Part shown: positions 10,451 to 19,874 of the stretch, in pieces
Layout of the letters: every line of letters begins with the position of its first letter
Numbering within the stretch: position 1 is the stretch's first letter
Virus record (IMG/VR): IMGVR_UViG_3300045921_000484
Location: 153,258-195,295 of that record
Length of the DNA: 42,038 nucleotides
Direction: 5' to 3' (one strand)
Source: a virus
Lineage: Duplodnaviria; Heunggongvirae; Uroviricota; Caudoviricetes
Program-made: the position numbers and the translations under genes
Notes under the pieces: model-generated
Databases searched by the model: none
Seen by the model: the letters and a program-made list of their open reading frames with translations, nothing else
Told to the model about the DNA's origin: nothing

Positions 10451-10940
10451 TCAAATTTTGAATCTTTTTTTCTTTTCGAAGTATTTTTCTCTTAATTCTT
10501 TTTTTGCCTTTGTATAAAGCCAGGCATCTATGGCATGTTGTTTTTGTCCAAAAAAGAAGTTTAATAGTTTACTGAATATTTTACCAGTCTTGTTTAATTT
10601 TCCTCTTATTTCTAAATCACCAGTTGTTGCTGAAACTGAAATATTCTTTTCTGTGAAGTGTGTTTTCTCTTCAGCTGTTATTATATCTTCTATAATTTCA
10701 CCATTTACATTCCATGCTAAATCCAATGCGTAGGCTAATTCAAATAGTGCATGTCCAATAGCTGCTGAGAATCCATCAATTAGTCTCCACCAAAAAGTGA
10801 AAAAAAGCATACCATTTTTTTAGTGATATTGATAACCATATCGAATATCCTAGTGAATATAAAGTTCCAATGCTAAATACCAATATACTCACCATAATTG
10901 CCCATATAAGAGCCCATAATCCTTGAAATAGTTCTTTCAT
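10451..10940 (-). pseudogene. Membrane protein gene (about 162 aa if joined) split by a +1 frameshift in a T7 run
   Basis: ATG at 10940 gives MKELFQGLWALIWAIMVSILVFSIGTLYSLGYSIWLSISLKKWYAFF and then runs out of frame to TGA at 10778-10776. Removing one T from the run at 10800-10806 fuses it to the track ORF (FTFWWRLIDG...). Confidence 0.7.
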
Positions 10941-10977
10941 CTTTTAGATTTATTTTTTAGTAATTTCCATTATAACA

Positions 10978-11676
10978 TTAAGTTATTTTTATAATTATCA
11001 TAGATCCATTATTAAATATCCTACTTATTCCAGCAGTTGTGTACTTACCTCTAATATCAACAATTTGAGTACCTGTTATTGTAATAAATCCTTGTGTATG
11101 CACGGATCCTATCCAATCATTTGATCCATTAGAAGCAATTGTTCCAAATTCTCTATATGTATATCCATTTGTTGATCCAACTTCGGTGTTGTCAACAAAC
11201 ATGGTAATTGATGCTTGTGCATTTCCAGATAGTGTGAAATTTCCACTAAAGTTCACAACATATGTTCCTGTTGATAATGAAGCACTCATGTTTGTTAATG
11301 TGGTATATGATACACCTATTGATTGTGGTGATGTATTGGTGTATTGTACTACTATCATTGCTGGCCATGTTGATCCGGTAGCACCTTCTGATCCTGTTGA
11401 ATCAGATGATACTGATATTGATTGAAATTCAGATGAATTTGAAATAACTGAACCATTATAAGAAGCAGTAAGATAATTATTAAGTGCTAAATTGAATGAA
11501 TCCGAATCTAATAACTCATTATGCTTAAATTCTTGACTAAAAAGTAAGCCATAATCAATATTTCCTTCTTCTGTACGAGGTAAAATATTTTCATCTATGT
11601 CAAAAACTTCATTTTTACCGTTATCTTCTAAATCACCTATAGCTACTATTTTATTATTGATTATTTGTACTTTCAT
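10978..11676 (-). CDS. Hypothetical protein, fibre-associated; beta-sandwich-like C-terminus
   Basis: 232-aa S/T/G-rich ORF within the minus-strand fibre cassette. Confidence 0.6.
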   Translation of the reverse strand: MKVQIINNKIVAIGDLEDNGKNEVFDIDENILPRTEEGNIDYGLLFSQEFKHNELLDSDSFNLALNNYLTASYNGSVISNSSEFQSISVSSDSTGSEGATGSTWPAMIVVQYTNTSPQSIGVSYTTLTNMSASLSTGTYVVNFSGNFTLSGNAQASITMFVDNTEVGSTNGYTYREFGTIASNGSNDWIGSVHTQGFITITGTQIVDIRGKYTTAGISRIFNNGSMIIIKIT

Positions 11677-11690
11677 AGCATTTTAATTTT

Positions 11691-13196
11691 TTATCTAAAA
11701 TCATATCTTAAAATATGTCTAACAGTTGCAACACCAGCAGGACCAATATAATAATAATATTCAAGTTGTTTATTAAAATATCTTAATTGTGAAAACATCG
11801 TTATGTTAATCACAACAGATTCGCCTGTTATAACATTAATAAAATAAGCTATACCTAATGGATTATTATTAGCTGCAAATAAAGCCCAATCAGGGTTACT
11901 TGCATCGTATAAAACTTGATAAGCATTATTTGGGGCAGTTATTGAATTTCCTATTGTTAATACTGCTGTAGGTTCTCCTGTTGATTGGTTTATTTCAAGA
12001 ATTCTTAAACTACCAAAATTACTTTGTGAAAAAATTACATAAGTTTTTCCATTACTTGCATAAACAGGTTGTATATAATAAGAATTATTTCCAAAATAAG
12101 GCATATTATACGTACCAATCAATGCGTATGTATTAATATTATACACCCTAAAACTATTAGCAGCATTTGTACTTGTACATATAAATCCATTTACCTCATC
12201 AAACCACCAAACCATATATGTAAATCCAGATCCTGTAGTTTGATCTATTAATAATGTTGTTGTAAGAGTAATAGAATCTATTTCATATAATCTAAAAAAA
12301 GAAGAAGTTGATTGAAACGATGCATAGTATAAACGATTATTTCTAACTATGTAATTTCCCCCAGATAGAGTACCACTATATGTGCTTGTAAATGTTCCAA
12401 TAATAGTATTAGTAACAGCATTTATTCTTGTTATTGTTAAAGTACCAGCTACATTATTATTAATAGCCCAATATTCATTGTTTATATAAACTACTCTCAT
12501 AACATCGTGACCACAGTTAATACCTGTAATACCTGTGTATATTTCATTAACATTAGGTCTGGTAAATATTATTACGTTATCAGTATTGGGTCCGCCTGCT
12601 ATTACATACTTATCATTTACTTCATCATATAACCAATTTTGTAATCCTAATAAACCATTACCATTATTTATATTGCCAGGATTTAAGGTCATGTATTTTA
12701 ATGAGAAGGTACTAAATGGATTTAGTTTATCCACTTTCTCAGGATCAGTAAAAGGTGTTTCGCCAGCATTCAATGTAAATCCATTTCTAACCACATAAAT
12801 TATCCAATTATTAGTCGCCGCTTGCCATGCAAACTTCTGCCCTTCTGTAAATGTAGAAGTAGGCGTCCAGGTATATAAAGCACCTAAGGATTCAGGTGTT
12901 GGGTACCATGATGCACCATCATATATTAATATGTCTCCTATACTAGGAGTGGCTGATGATATAGTAAATCCTTTAATACTTGTTGCGTCTATTAAATTAT
13001 TACCTGATGATAGTATAATCTTATTATAGATTGTTTGAGGTTTATTAGAAAGTATAAATGTCTCACCATTTGATGCTGTTGGTAAAAATAAATTTACATT
13101 ATTTGATAATGTTGTACCATATATATAATACGAATATGTTCCAGCGTTTAACGCTAGACTATTATTTATTTCTATATCATATATACTAAATGTCAT
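11691..13196 (-). CDS. Putative receptor-binding/fibre protein with beta-propeller-like C-terminal region
   Basis: N-terminal fibre motifs (ATPSIGDILIYDGASW), then repeated blades (ITRINAVTNTIIGTF, LYEIDSITLT, VYNINTYALIGTY). TAATATATA on the minus strand at 13204-13212. Confidence 0.65.
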   Translation of the reverse strand: MTFSIYDIEINNSLALNAGTYSYYIYGTTLSNNVNLFLPTASNGETFILSNKPQTIYNKIILSSGNNLIDATSIKGFTISSATPSIGDILIYDGASWYPTPESLGALYTWTPTSTFTEGQKFAWQAATNNWIIYVVRNGFTLNAGETPFTDPEKVDKLNPFSTFSLKYMTLNPGNINNGNGLLGLQNWLYDEVNDKYVIAGGPNTDNVIIFTRPNVNEIYTGITGINCGHDVMRVVYINNEYWAINNNVAGTLTITRINAVTNTIIGTFTSTYSGTLSGGNYIVRNNRLYYASFQSTSSFFRLYEIDSITLTTTLLIDQTTGSGFTYMVWWFDEVNGFICTSTNAANSFRVYNINTYALIGTYNMPYFGNNSYYIQPVYASNGKTYVIFSQSNFGSLRILEINQSTGEPTAVLTIGNSITAPNNAYQVLYDASNPDWALFAANNNPLGIAYFINVITGESVVINITMFSQLRYFNKQLEYYYYIGPAGVATVRHILRYDFR

Positions 13197-13221
13197 TCCT
13201 ATCTATATATTATTTTATTAT

Positions 13222-13950
13222 TTAGAATGTTAACTCTTCAATCAACATTGCCTTAATATTTGAATTTAAGTATGGTTTTGTTGATGAATTAATAGCATCT
13301 CTAAGTGGTTGTGTATAGCCTTCTTCAAAATATTTTATCTGTACCGATAGTGTAGTTAATAAGTCAAAAGCATAAATTTGGTTAGTTGGTGATCCTACTA
13401 ACAAATTCAACTCTCTTAATAGAACTGTTTTTGCCAAAGCTAACATATTCTTTCTTCTTGATATACCCTCATTAATGGCTTCTTCTGGTGAATAATATTT
13501 TCTCCAAGACTTTGTAGCACCAACACTATTATCTGTTAGATACCACTCAATTAGTACGTCTCTATATATGATAATACCAATCTCATTTCTTGTATATGTT
13601 CTACTCTCCCTAATTAATAGATCGCTATATGACACACCATCAAAATTTCTGTAATATTCTATTGATGTTAATTCTCCTTTAACTATTGTTCTTTTTTTAT
13701 GAAACCCTAATATATCATAGTCAACTATAAGCGGATCATTAACTCCAATTTTAAATTTCAAGTTATTAACAGGTTCGGATAGATAATCATATCCATTTTG
13801 TATGAAAAATGCTTGATAACTATAAATTGGTATTTCTGGGTTATTCGAATTACATACCTGAACTAGATCTGTATCATTATAATCACCACCCTCATAAACA
13901 ACATATTGAGGATTACTTAAAACTTTTTGACCTTTTGTTAAGTGTATCAT
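13222..13950 (-). CDS. Hypothetical protein (possible fibre assembly/accessory factor)
   Basis: 242-aa ORF in the fibre cassette. Confidence 0.6.
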   Translation of the reverse strand: MIHLTKGQKVLSNPQYVVYEGGDYNDTDLVQVCNSNNPEIPIYSYQAFFIQNGYDYLSEPVNNLKFKIGVNDPLIVDYDILGFHKKRTIVKGELTSIEYYRNFDGVSYSDLLIRESRTYTRNEIGIIIYRDVLIEWYLTDNSVGATKSWRKYYSPEEAINEGISRRKNMLALAKTVLLRELNLLVGSPTNQIYAFDLLTTLSVQIKYFEEGYTQPLRDAINSSTKPYLNSNIKAMLIEELTF

Positions 13951-13955
13951 AATCT

Positions 13956-14120
13956 TTAATTTATTATTATTGATATTGCTTCTCCACTTGCAATATAATC
14001 ATATGATGATCCATCCAGTGAGTATGAAGATATTACACCACTAATAGTTGGTGGTGTTTCTAGTATAAAGTTACATGTGTCACCAGATGCTGTACTTCCA
14101 AAAATTATATCATCTATCAT
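13956..14120 (-). CDS. Small protein (54 aa) absent from the ORF track
   Basis: MIDDIIFGSTASGDTCNFILETPPTISGVISSYSLDGSSYDYIASGEAISIIIN* exactly fills the gap between two co-oriented genes. Confidence 0.6.
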   Translation of the reverse strand: MIDDIIFGSTASGDTCNFILETPPTISGVISSYSLDGSSYDYIASGEAISIIIN

Positions 14121-14135
14121 AATATCAATTTATTT

Positions 14136-16250
14136 TTATGCTTGAGTTAACAAAGCTTTTATTCTTGTACCACCAGGTAATGAATTTGCTGTGTATCTAA
14201 TATAATTACCAACAACATCCTGTGTATTATCCCAAGCATTCCAGGATGTTCCATTATTTGATGAATACTCCCAAGTTCCATAAGCAGATGATGTAATATC
14301 ATCATCTAGTATTAAGTTATTTGTTGATGCATTATACAATCTTATTCTCATATTTGGTATATTTGAGTTCCATAAAATAGATTGCCTATACGCAAATACA
14401 TTTGTTGTGATATTTGAATTAGCAACAGATGGTTGATAATGACCATCTGTTGAGTTATCTTCGTATATAAGACTAAATCCCATCAATCTAGCTGGAATGC
14501 AAGTAGTTCCTATTACCTTAAATGAAAAAGCAAATTGTATTTCTGTTCCGGTTACTCCAGATAAATCACCACTATCATCTAGTAGATTCCAAGTTCCGCT
14601 ATTATCGGATATACCAGATGTTCTATAATAAATTCTGCATGGTTCAGTTGGCAATGAAAATGCATCTGTTCCTAGTTTTTCAATTTTATTTACATATATA
14701 TTATATAACCTACTTGATTCAGATATGTCTAATTTTGGAGTTATTAATAACTGACTATTTTGAATTGCATAATTCAAGTGAGCTCCTATTGGTAGAGTAT
14801 ATAATTGATTGGTTGCAGCAGTTGTGCCAACTCTAGCTAGATATAATATTCCTCCTTCTATCCAGAAAGAAAATGGCAATGATAATATAGCAGGATGTGG
14901 AACACTTCCTGAATCCGCTGATGATTGATCTAGTTGTTTATCATCATTTAGAAATATGTGGTCAAATGGATCTGAAATTGTATTATATTTAGTAATATAG
15001 CTTCTAGCACCAGCCGCACCAGATGTGGATATAACCAATCTATCAATATCTGATGATATTTCACATGAAGTCATTACGCTAGTAGGTGAGTATGTATTTG
15101 TTCCACCTGGTGGTATCTCAACCATTGCATCAGATTGCCAAGTAGTACTACCATTTGTTATTCCGGTTAATGCGCATCTATAAACACGAGTTGTTGTTAC
15201 AAAATATAAAGATGGTATTCCAGATCCAGGTCCATGTGAAAGTGTACCAATTCTGCCATTATTTGTTTGTGATATGGTACCTGTCACCGTTTGATTACCC
15301 GTTTGTATCGTATTTGTTGTTGTGTCTCTACCGGCAGTTAATGTTAGTGGGGCTCGAAAGTTATAACAATATACTCTAGGTCCTGTTGCGTTTAATACAT
15401 AAACCAATTGGTTTACCCAGTTTGTTCTTGAATTAAGTGCCGATCCACATGGTGTAGTATTTGTTACTGTGGGTGCATCAGCTAACCAATAAACCGCTCT
15501 TATATTATCAACTGTTGTAGCTGCTGGTATTGTTGTTCCAGTTGATGTAAATATTTCTGGTCTAATACCTTTTGCTATAAATAGACCACCATTTGTAGCA
15601 GTCACATTTAAATTTGCTGTTATTAATATAATATCTTCTATTACATATGGTGTACCGGGAGATATTGTCCCCGCATTAGATGTTAGTGTTATTGAGTTTT
15701 CTCCAGCTATGTTTGATATTTCGTACCAAGTTGATATTAAACTTGGATCAGTTGATCCAAAACCAATTCTACAACCAACCGACATTCTATCACTTAACCA
15801 AGATGTTCCTGATCCAGTAACCGTCGTTCCCGATACACCAACTGTTCCAGTTGTATATAATTCTCTACTTACACTAAACCCTCTTATTGTATGAGCTGTT
15901 GCAGTGGGATATGTTAATGTTATAAACCCTTTCCAGTTAAATATAGATGTTTCTTTATTATATTCATATAGAATAATTCTTCTTGTGGATGCTGCATTTG
16001 AGTTATCTGCTAGAAAAACCCAATCAATAGTTGATGAGAATGGTATAACATGAGGATATATTCCTGGTATAGGAGTGGATTGCTCCATTGGTCTTGCTAA
16101 TCCAATTTTAGCAGGTCCTATAAATTTATCAGTTGGTAAAGGTCCTGTATATTTCTTTATTAAACTTCCTAAATTTATCTTAGTTTCATCATAAGATGAT
16201 ATAGGAGTTGTGGTGCCTGTGAATTTAAAATTTAAAGCTTTTGTTGCCAT
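14136..16250 (-). CDS. Putative virion structural protein (704 aa, Thr/Gly/Ser-rich)
   Basis: Long beta-rich ORF with a 1-nt overlap with the upstream gene. Confidence 0.7.
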   Translation of the reverse strand: MATKALNFKFTGTTTPISSYDETKINLGSLIKKYTGPLPTDKFIGPAKIGLARPMEQSTPIPGIYPHVIPFSSTIDWVFLADNSNAASTRRIILYEYNKETSIFNWKGFITLTYPTATAHTIRGFSVSRELYTTGTVGVSGTTVTGSGTSWLSDRMSVGCRIGFGSTDPSLISTWYEISNIAGENSITLTSNAGTISPGTPYVIEDIILITANLNVTATNGGLFIAKGIRPEIFTSTGTTIPAATTVDNIRAVYWLADAPTVTNTTPCGSALNSRTNWVNQLVYVLNATGPRVYCYNFRAPLTLTAGRDTTTNTIQTGNQTVTGTISQTNNGRIGTLSHGPGSGIPSLYFVTTTRVYRCALTGITNGSTTWQSDAMVEIPPGGTNTYSPTSVMTSCEISSDIDRLVISTSGAAGARSYITKYNTISDPFDHIFLNDDKQLDQSSADSGSVPHPAILSLPFSFWIEGGILYLARVGTTAATNQLYTLPIGAHLNYAIQNSQLLITPKLDISESSRLYNIYVNKIEKLGTDAFSLPTEPCRIYYRTSGISDNSGTWNLLDDSGDLSGVTGTEIQFAFSFKVIGTTCIPARLMGFSLIYEDNSTDGHYQPSVANSNITTNVFAYRQSILWNSNIPNMRIRLYNASTNNLILDDDITSSAYGTWEYSSNNGTSWNAWDNTQDVVGNYIRYTANSLPGGTRIKALLTQA

Positions 16251-17077
16251 TATGTTTTATTTATTTTTAATGTTAAAGTAACTTGTGTAACTATTGACGC
16301 TGACTCAACATTGAATGCAATTATATCACCTTCTGTTATTGTTGTAGACCAAGCGGTTAATATATTATTATTATTTTTTATCTGAGATGATAATGTTGGT
16401 TTATCATTGCCACATATACTATCAGATAATGTTGGTGGGTAATTATCATATGTGTCCTTCCAAACATCAACTACAATACTACCAGTAGCGTTTCCAAGTA
16501 TTTCCCATCCTGTTATTATACCTGAATAAGGAACTGTTAAGTATGCTTTTACTCCAGTTGTTATTACATATCCATTTCCATTTAATGCTACACCCAACTG
16601 ACCTTTATTAGCTGAACTAGATTCTCCATTATTTATACACATCCAATACACATTTCCAGTGATAGCCGCATTAGAATTTGATAGAATTCTAAATCCATTT
16701 ACTGTTTGATTTGATATAGACCATGATCTTGATACATTTCCTATTATAGAAGTTGAATAGCTAGGTCCGCTAAATGGGGTATCAAATGTTACATCGTAAT
16801 ATCTTTGTGGTGGTGAACTAAATGATGATCCCGCTACATAACCAGCTTTTGTTCCTTGATTAATAATTTTATTTTCAATATAAGATATTATCTTATCAGC
16901 TGTCCATATATCACTAGACGCTGTTCCGAAATCATTGAACTTATAACCTGATGAAACAAGTGATGCAGTTGATGCTATAACTATTTGACTTTGTGTAAAA
17001 GTCGAGTTATTTGTTCCACCATTTTCAATTGATACTAGTCCATTTAATTGTTTCGTATTAATTCTACCATTTGACAT
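16250..17077 (-). CDS. Fibre-associated virion protein (275 aa)
   Basis: N-terminus MSNGRINTKQL resembles that of the fibre at 8640; internal lectin/gp53-like segment YDVTFDTPFSGPSY; C-terminal ITTGVKAYLTVPYSGIITGW...GDIIAFNVES domain typical of phage tail proteins. Confidence 0.65.
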   Translation of the reverse strand: MSNGRINTKQLNGLVSIENGGTNNSTFTQSQIVIASTASLVSSGYKFNDFGTASSDIWTADKIISYIENKIINQGTKAGYVAGSSFSSPPQRYYDVTFDTPFSGPSYSTSIIGNVSRSWSISNQTVNGFRILSNSNAAITGNVYWMCINNGESSSANKGQLGVALNGNGYVITTGVKAYLTVPYSGIITGWEILGNATGSIVVDVWKDTYDNYPPTLSDSICGNDKPTLSSQIKNNNNILTAWSTTITEGDIIAFNVESASIVTQVTLTLKINKT

Positions 17078-17080
17078 AAA

Positions 17081-17119
17081 TTATATATTAAAATATAAAT
17101 CCGCTATTTTAATATATAA
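17081..17119. promoter_or_regulatory. Divergent promoter pair forming a perfect 15-bp inverted repeat
   Basis: TTATATATTAAAATA (17081-17095) and TATTTTAATATATAA (17105-17119), with a 9-nt spacer. Each arm carries TAATATATA facing its own gene. Confidence 0.7.
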
Positions 17120-17122
17120 GTT

Positions 17123-18082
17123 ATGAAATTGAAAAAATATATTGACTTTATATCAGAGTCTGAGAAATTTAACTCATTGGGTGAATGGGTTGAGTCTTTA
17201 ATTGAAGATGATTATGTGAAAAACATAGTTGGTAGATACACAAAAGATATTAATCCTGGTATAGATCTATCAAATGCTATTAATATTCTTGATAAAAGAA
17301 CTCAATCTGAAATAAAATCACAAATTGAAGAATATCTACAAAATGGTATTAAAGACAAAGATCCTAATATAATTGTCTCAACTAATATAGAAGAATTAAC
17401 AGAGTCCGAAATCACAATGGCTGGTAAAGGAATATTTAGTTCATTCTTGAAGTCATTAACGGCTCTTGGTCAAAAAATGATCAATGCTAATTGGGAAAAA
17501 TGTCCTGATAATTTCCTTTTGTTTTATTATTATCCAAACTTGAATTCTATTGATGTTAAAAGTATATTTAATAGATTTAAGTCTTTATCGAGATATTCCG
17601 ATATGATTGATTACGGTAAAAATGAAGTTAACTTATACTATGGTGTTAGATGTGATGGCATTTTTGAATATGGTATAATTTATGATGATAAAACATCACC
17701 AATCGGAGAATTTAAGTTATCATCATCATCTATAAAATGGATAACAACATTAGAATCACAATCAGCTCACTCTCTTAAAAAAGAATTAGTGAATCTAACA
17801 TTATCTGATATAATTACTCTTGGTAGAATAAAAACAGATATGAAAGATTTTAATCCTGGATATCATGAAAAGAAATTAGCTCCTATTTTAAAGGATAAGG
17901 TTATTTCATTTGGATATTATGGTGTTGGTAGATGGGATAATGGTAAGTTAGATGAGGGTGAGTTTATTAATATTAAAACAAATTTTACCAATTGGTTACT
18001 TTCTAAAAGGTGGGGTAGTAAAGTTTTAATAAGTGTTAAACCACAATCATTTTGGTTATACATACATATTAAATTAAAATAA
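17123..18082 (+). CDS. Hypothetical protein with CTS-like leader (MKLKKYIDFISES)
   Basis: 319-aa ORF directly behind TAATATATA at 17110-17118. Confidence 0.75.
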   Translation: MKLKKYIDFISESEKFNSLGEWVESLIEDDYVKNIVGRYTKDINPGIDLSNAINILDKRTQSEIKSQIEEYLQNGIKDKDPNIIVSTNIEELTESEITMAGKGIFSSFLKSLTALGQKMINANWEKCPDNFLLFYYYPNLNSIDVKSIFNRFKSLSRYSDMIDYGKNEVNLYYGVRCDGIFEYGIIYDDKTSPIGEFKLSSSSIKWITTLESQSAHSLKKELVNLTLSDIITLGRIKTDMKDFNPGYHEKKLAPILKDKVISFGYYGVGRWDNGKLDEGEFINIKTNFTNWLLSKRWGSKVLISVKPQSFWLYIHIKLK

Positions 18083-18099
18083 AAAAAAATAGTAAAAAA

Positions 18100-18272
18100 A
18101 TGAATAAGATAAGAAGATTTAATGAGTCTAACGAGTCTAATAACGAATCTTTAAAATTACAGGCTTATAAATATATTGAAAATAAATCTTGGGTTAATCA
18201 TCTTTAGAAGGTGGTAATCAAAGTTATAAAGAAATATATACAGAATTTCCTAAAACAAATAAAAAAAAATAA
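18100..18272 (+). pseudogene. Small CTS-like gene (MNKIRRFNES) apparently frameshifted
   Basis: ATG at 18100 gives MNKIRRFNESNESNNESLKLQAYKYIENKSWVNHL* (TAG 18205-18207). The -1 frame continues SSLEGGNQSYKEIYTEFPKTNKKK* to 18272. Confidence 0.5.
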
Positions 18273-18279
18273 TTGGAAT

Positions 18280-18834
18280 ATGAAATATTTAAGAAAATTT
18301 AATGAGAATTATTCTGACTTGGAAAAGGAAGAACAAGAAAAGGCTAAAAAAACTGCTATTTCTAACTCACCTTATTTACAGAAAAAAGAAGCTGAGAAAA
18401 GAAAAAATAGATTAGAAAAATCATATAAGGAAGATCCTGATGGTATGTATCCAAGAGATACCGATGACAAAATAGATGATATTACATCAAGAGGTTGGCA
18501 AAATGGAATGGGCGAACCACCTTGGTTAAGTGAGTCTAATGTAGAATTTGACGTTGAATTTGCTATAACTAAAATAAAAGATAAATTTAGCGAGGATGAG
18601 GTAAACATCTTATTTGATAACGAGTTACTTGAATGGGTCGATCCAGATTGGTCAGACGAGTATGATTCCGAATATGATTGGTATGTTGAACATAACAATG
18701 GAGAAGCCCAAGATGTTGTTATTGATCAACTAATTGATTGGTATATGAAAGAATATGGTGAAATATCAGTTGATGAACAAATTGAGTTAAAGGATCGAAT
18801 TAAAAAAGAATATGATGTTTTAAACTATTATTAA
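18280..18834 (+). CDS. Acidic hypothetical protein with CTS-like leader (MKYLRKFNEN)
   Basis: The in-frame ATG at 18280 is preferred over the track GTG at 18211 because it opens with the shared leader motif. Confidence 0.75.
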   Translation: MKYLRKFNENYSDLEKEEQEKAKKTAISNSPYLQKKEAEKRKNRLEKSYKEDPDGMYPRDTDDKIDDITSRGWQNGMGEPPWLSESNVEFDVEFAITKIKDKFSEDEVNILFDNELLEWVDPDWSDEYDSEYDWYVEHNNGEAQDVVIDQLIDWYMKEYGEISVDEQIELKDRIKKEYDVLNYY

Positions 18835-18869
18835 TCTTTTTCTTATAAAAAGAAAAAAAGATTAATTAG

Positions 18870-19328
18870 ATGACCCAAAGTGCAGATGACTTTAAGAAAC
18901 AAGCTTTAGATAAATGGGTACACATACTTAATTCGATGGGTGTTACTGGTAGTAAATCTGATTGGATGTCTCAATATGTTAATGAAGATTTCCTAAAACA
19001 ACCACAACAAGAATTTCCTTCAATTTTACCAATGTCTATGTCTATTGCAATGGATTTAGTTTCAGTTCAACCTATGAAAGGATCGGGTGGTACCTCAAAA
19101 GAAGAAATGGAAAGAATTAAAGCAGAAATAAAGGCAGAAAATCGTGATAGTAAAATAGACTCTATTATCGAAGATACTGACTATACGGAGAAGAAAATAG
19201 AAGAACATCCTGATTATAAAGGTCCTGAAATGTTATTCTATTTTGATTATAGATACGAAAATTCTACATCATCTTCTATTGATAATGAGGATAATTCAAT
19301 ACTTGGTAAATTAGGTAGAGGATTATGA
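18870..19328 (+). CDS. Truncated major-capsid-protein (gp23-like) N-terminal fragment with inserted helical module
   Basis: LDKWVHIL...FPSILPMSMSIAMDLVSVQPMKGSGG, then a ~45-aa insert, then PEMLFYFDYRY. This matches the gp23-family KW...IA.D..VQPM..PTG..FY pattern as recalled; only 152 aa. Confidence 0.6.
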   Translation: MTQSADDFKKQALDKWVHILNSMGVTGSKSDWMSQYVNEDFLKQPQQEFPSILPMSMSIAMDLVSVQPMKGSGGTSKEEMERIKAEIKAENRDSKIDSIIEDTDYTEKKIEEHPDYKGPEMLFYFDYRYENSTSSSIDNEDNSILGKLGRGL

Positions 19329-19417
19329 TTGGTATTTTTAGAATTTATACAAAAAGGTTCATATTTCTATTTTTTATATTTCAAAAAAAACAAATTAGAA
19401 AAGGTAAAATAAATTGA
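19325..19417 (+). CDS. Possible 30-aa ORF ending QIRKGKIN
   Basis: ATGA overlap with the previous stop; the end resembles the R-x-x-K-I tail motif; may be decayed. Confidence 0.3.
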   Translation: MIGIFRIYTKRFIFLFFIFQKKQIRKGKIN

Positions 19418-19505
19418 ATTTTTTTGGCATAAATAAAAATATTGATACAATAAATAAATACTATAAAAATATGTTTGGGGAATCATTTGGTATAATATAT
19501 ACCAA

Positions 19506-19841
19506 ATGATTAATGTTTATTTAATTTGTGCTGAAATAGATAATAGGAAATTATATAAGATAGGATATACTAGGAGATCAATTGATGATAGAATAAGAGA
19601 GTTTAAAACTGGCAATGCCTCATCTTTTTATGTTATAGATACTTTTCAATCAAAGTGGGGAACAAAAATTGAAGCGAGATTAAAAAAGATATTTAAACAA
19701 AAAAAGATTAATGGTGAGTGGTTTGATTTAAATGATGATGATATAAAGGAGTTTAGAAAATTATCACAATCAATAAATGATATTTTAGAGTTAATATCAT
19801 CAACTAATACTTATGTTTTAGATAGAGGTGGTAGATTTTAA
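19506..19841 (+). CDS. T5orf172/GIY-YIG-like nuclease domain protein
   Basis: VYLI...YKIGYT...RIREFKTGN...GEWF signature; TAATATATA at 19493-19501. Confidence 0.8.
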   Translation: MINVYLICAEIDNRKLYKIGYTRRSIDDRIREFKTGNASSFYVIDTFQSKWGTKIEARLKKIFKQKKINGEWFDLNDDDIKEFRKLSQSINDILELISSTNTYVLDRGGRF

Positions 19842-19874
19842 ATAATAAAATAAAAAATAAAATATAATGTATGT

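Noticed and set aside
10451-17077. Invertible tail-fibre cassette
   Set aside because: No matching inverted repeats seen at the two boundaries and no recombinase in the window.
18199-18210. Programmed frameshift at CTT TAG (also at 21766-21771), reminiscent of the RF2 CTT TGA site
   Set aside because: The continuing frame is -1 in both cases, which would need CTT-to-TCT re-pairing; the +1 frames close quickly. More likely decay or coincidence.
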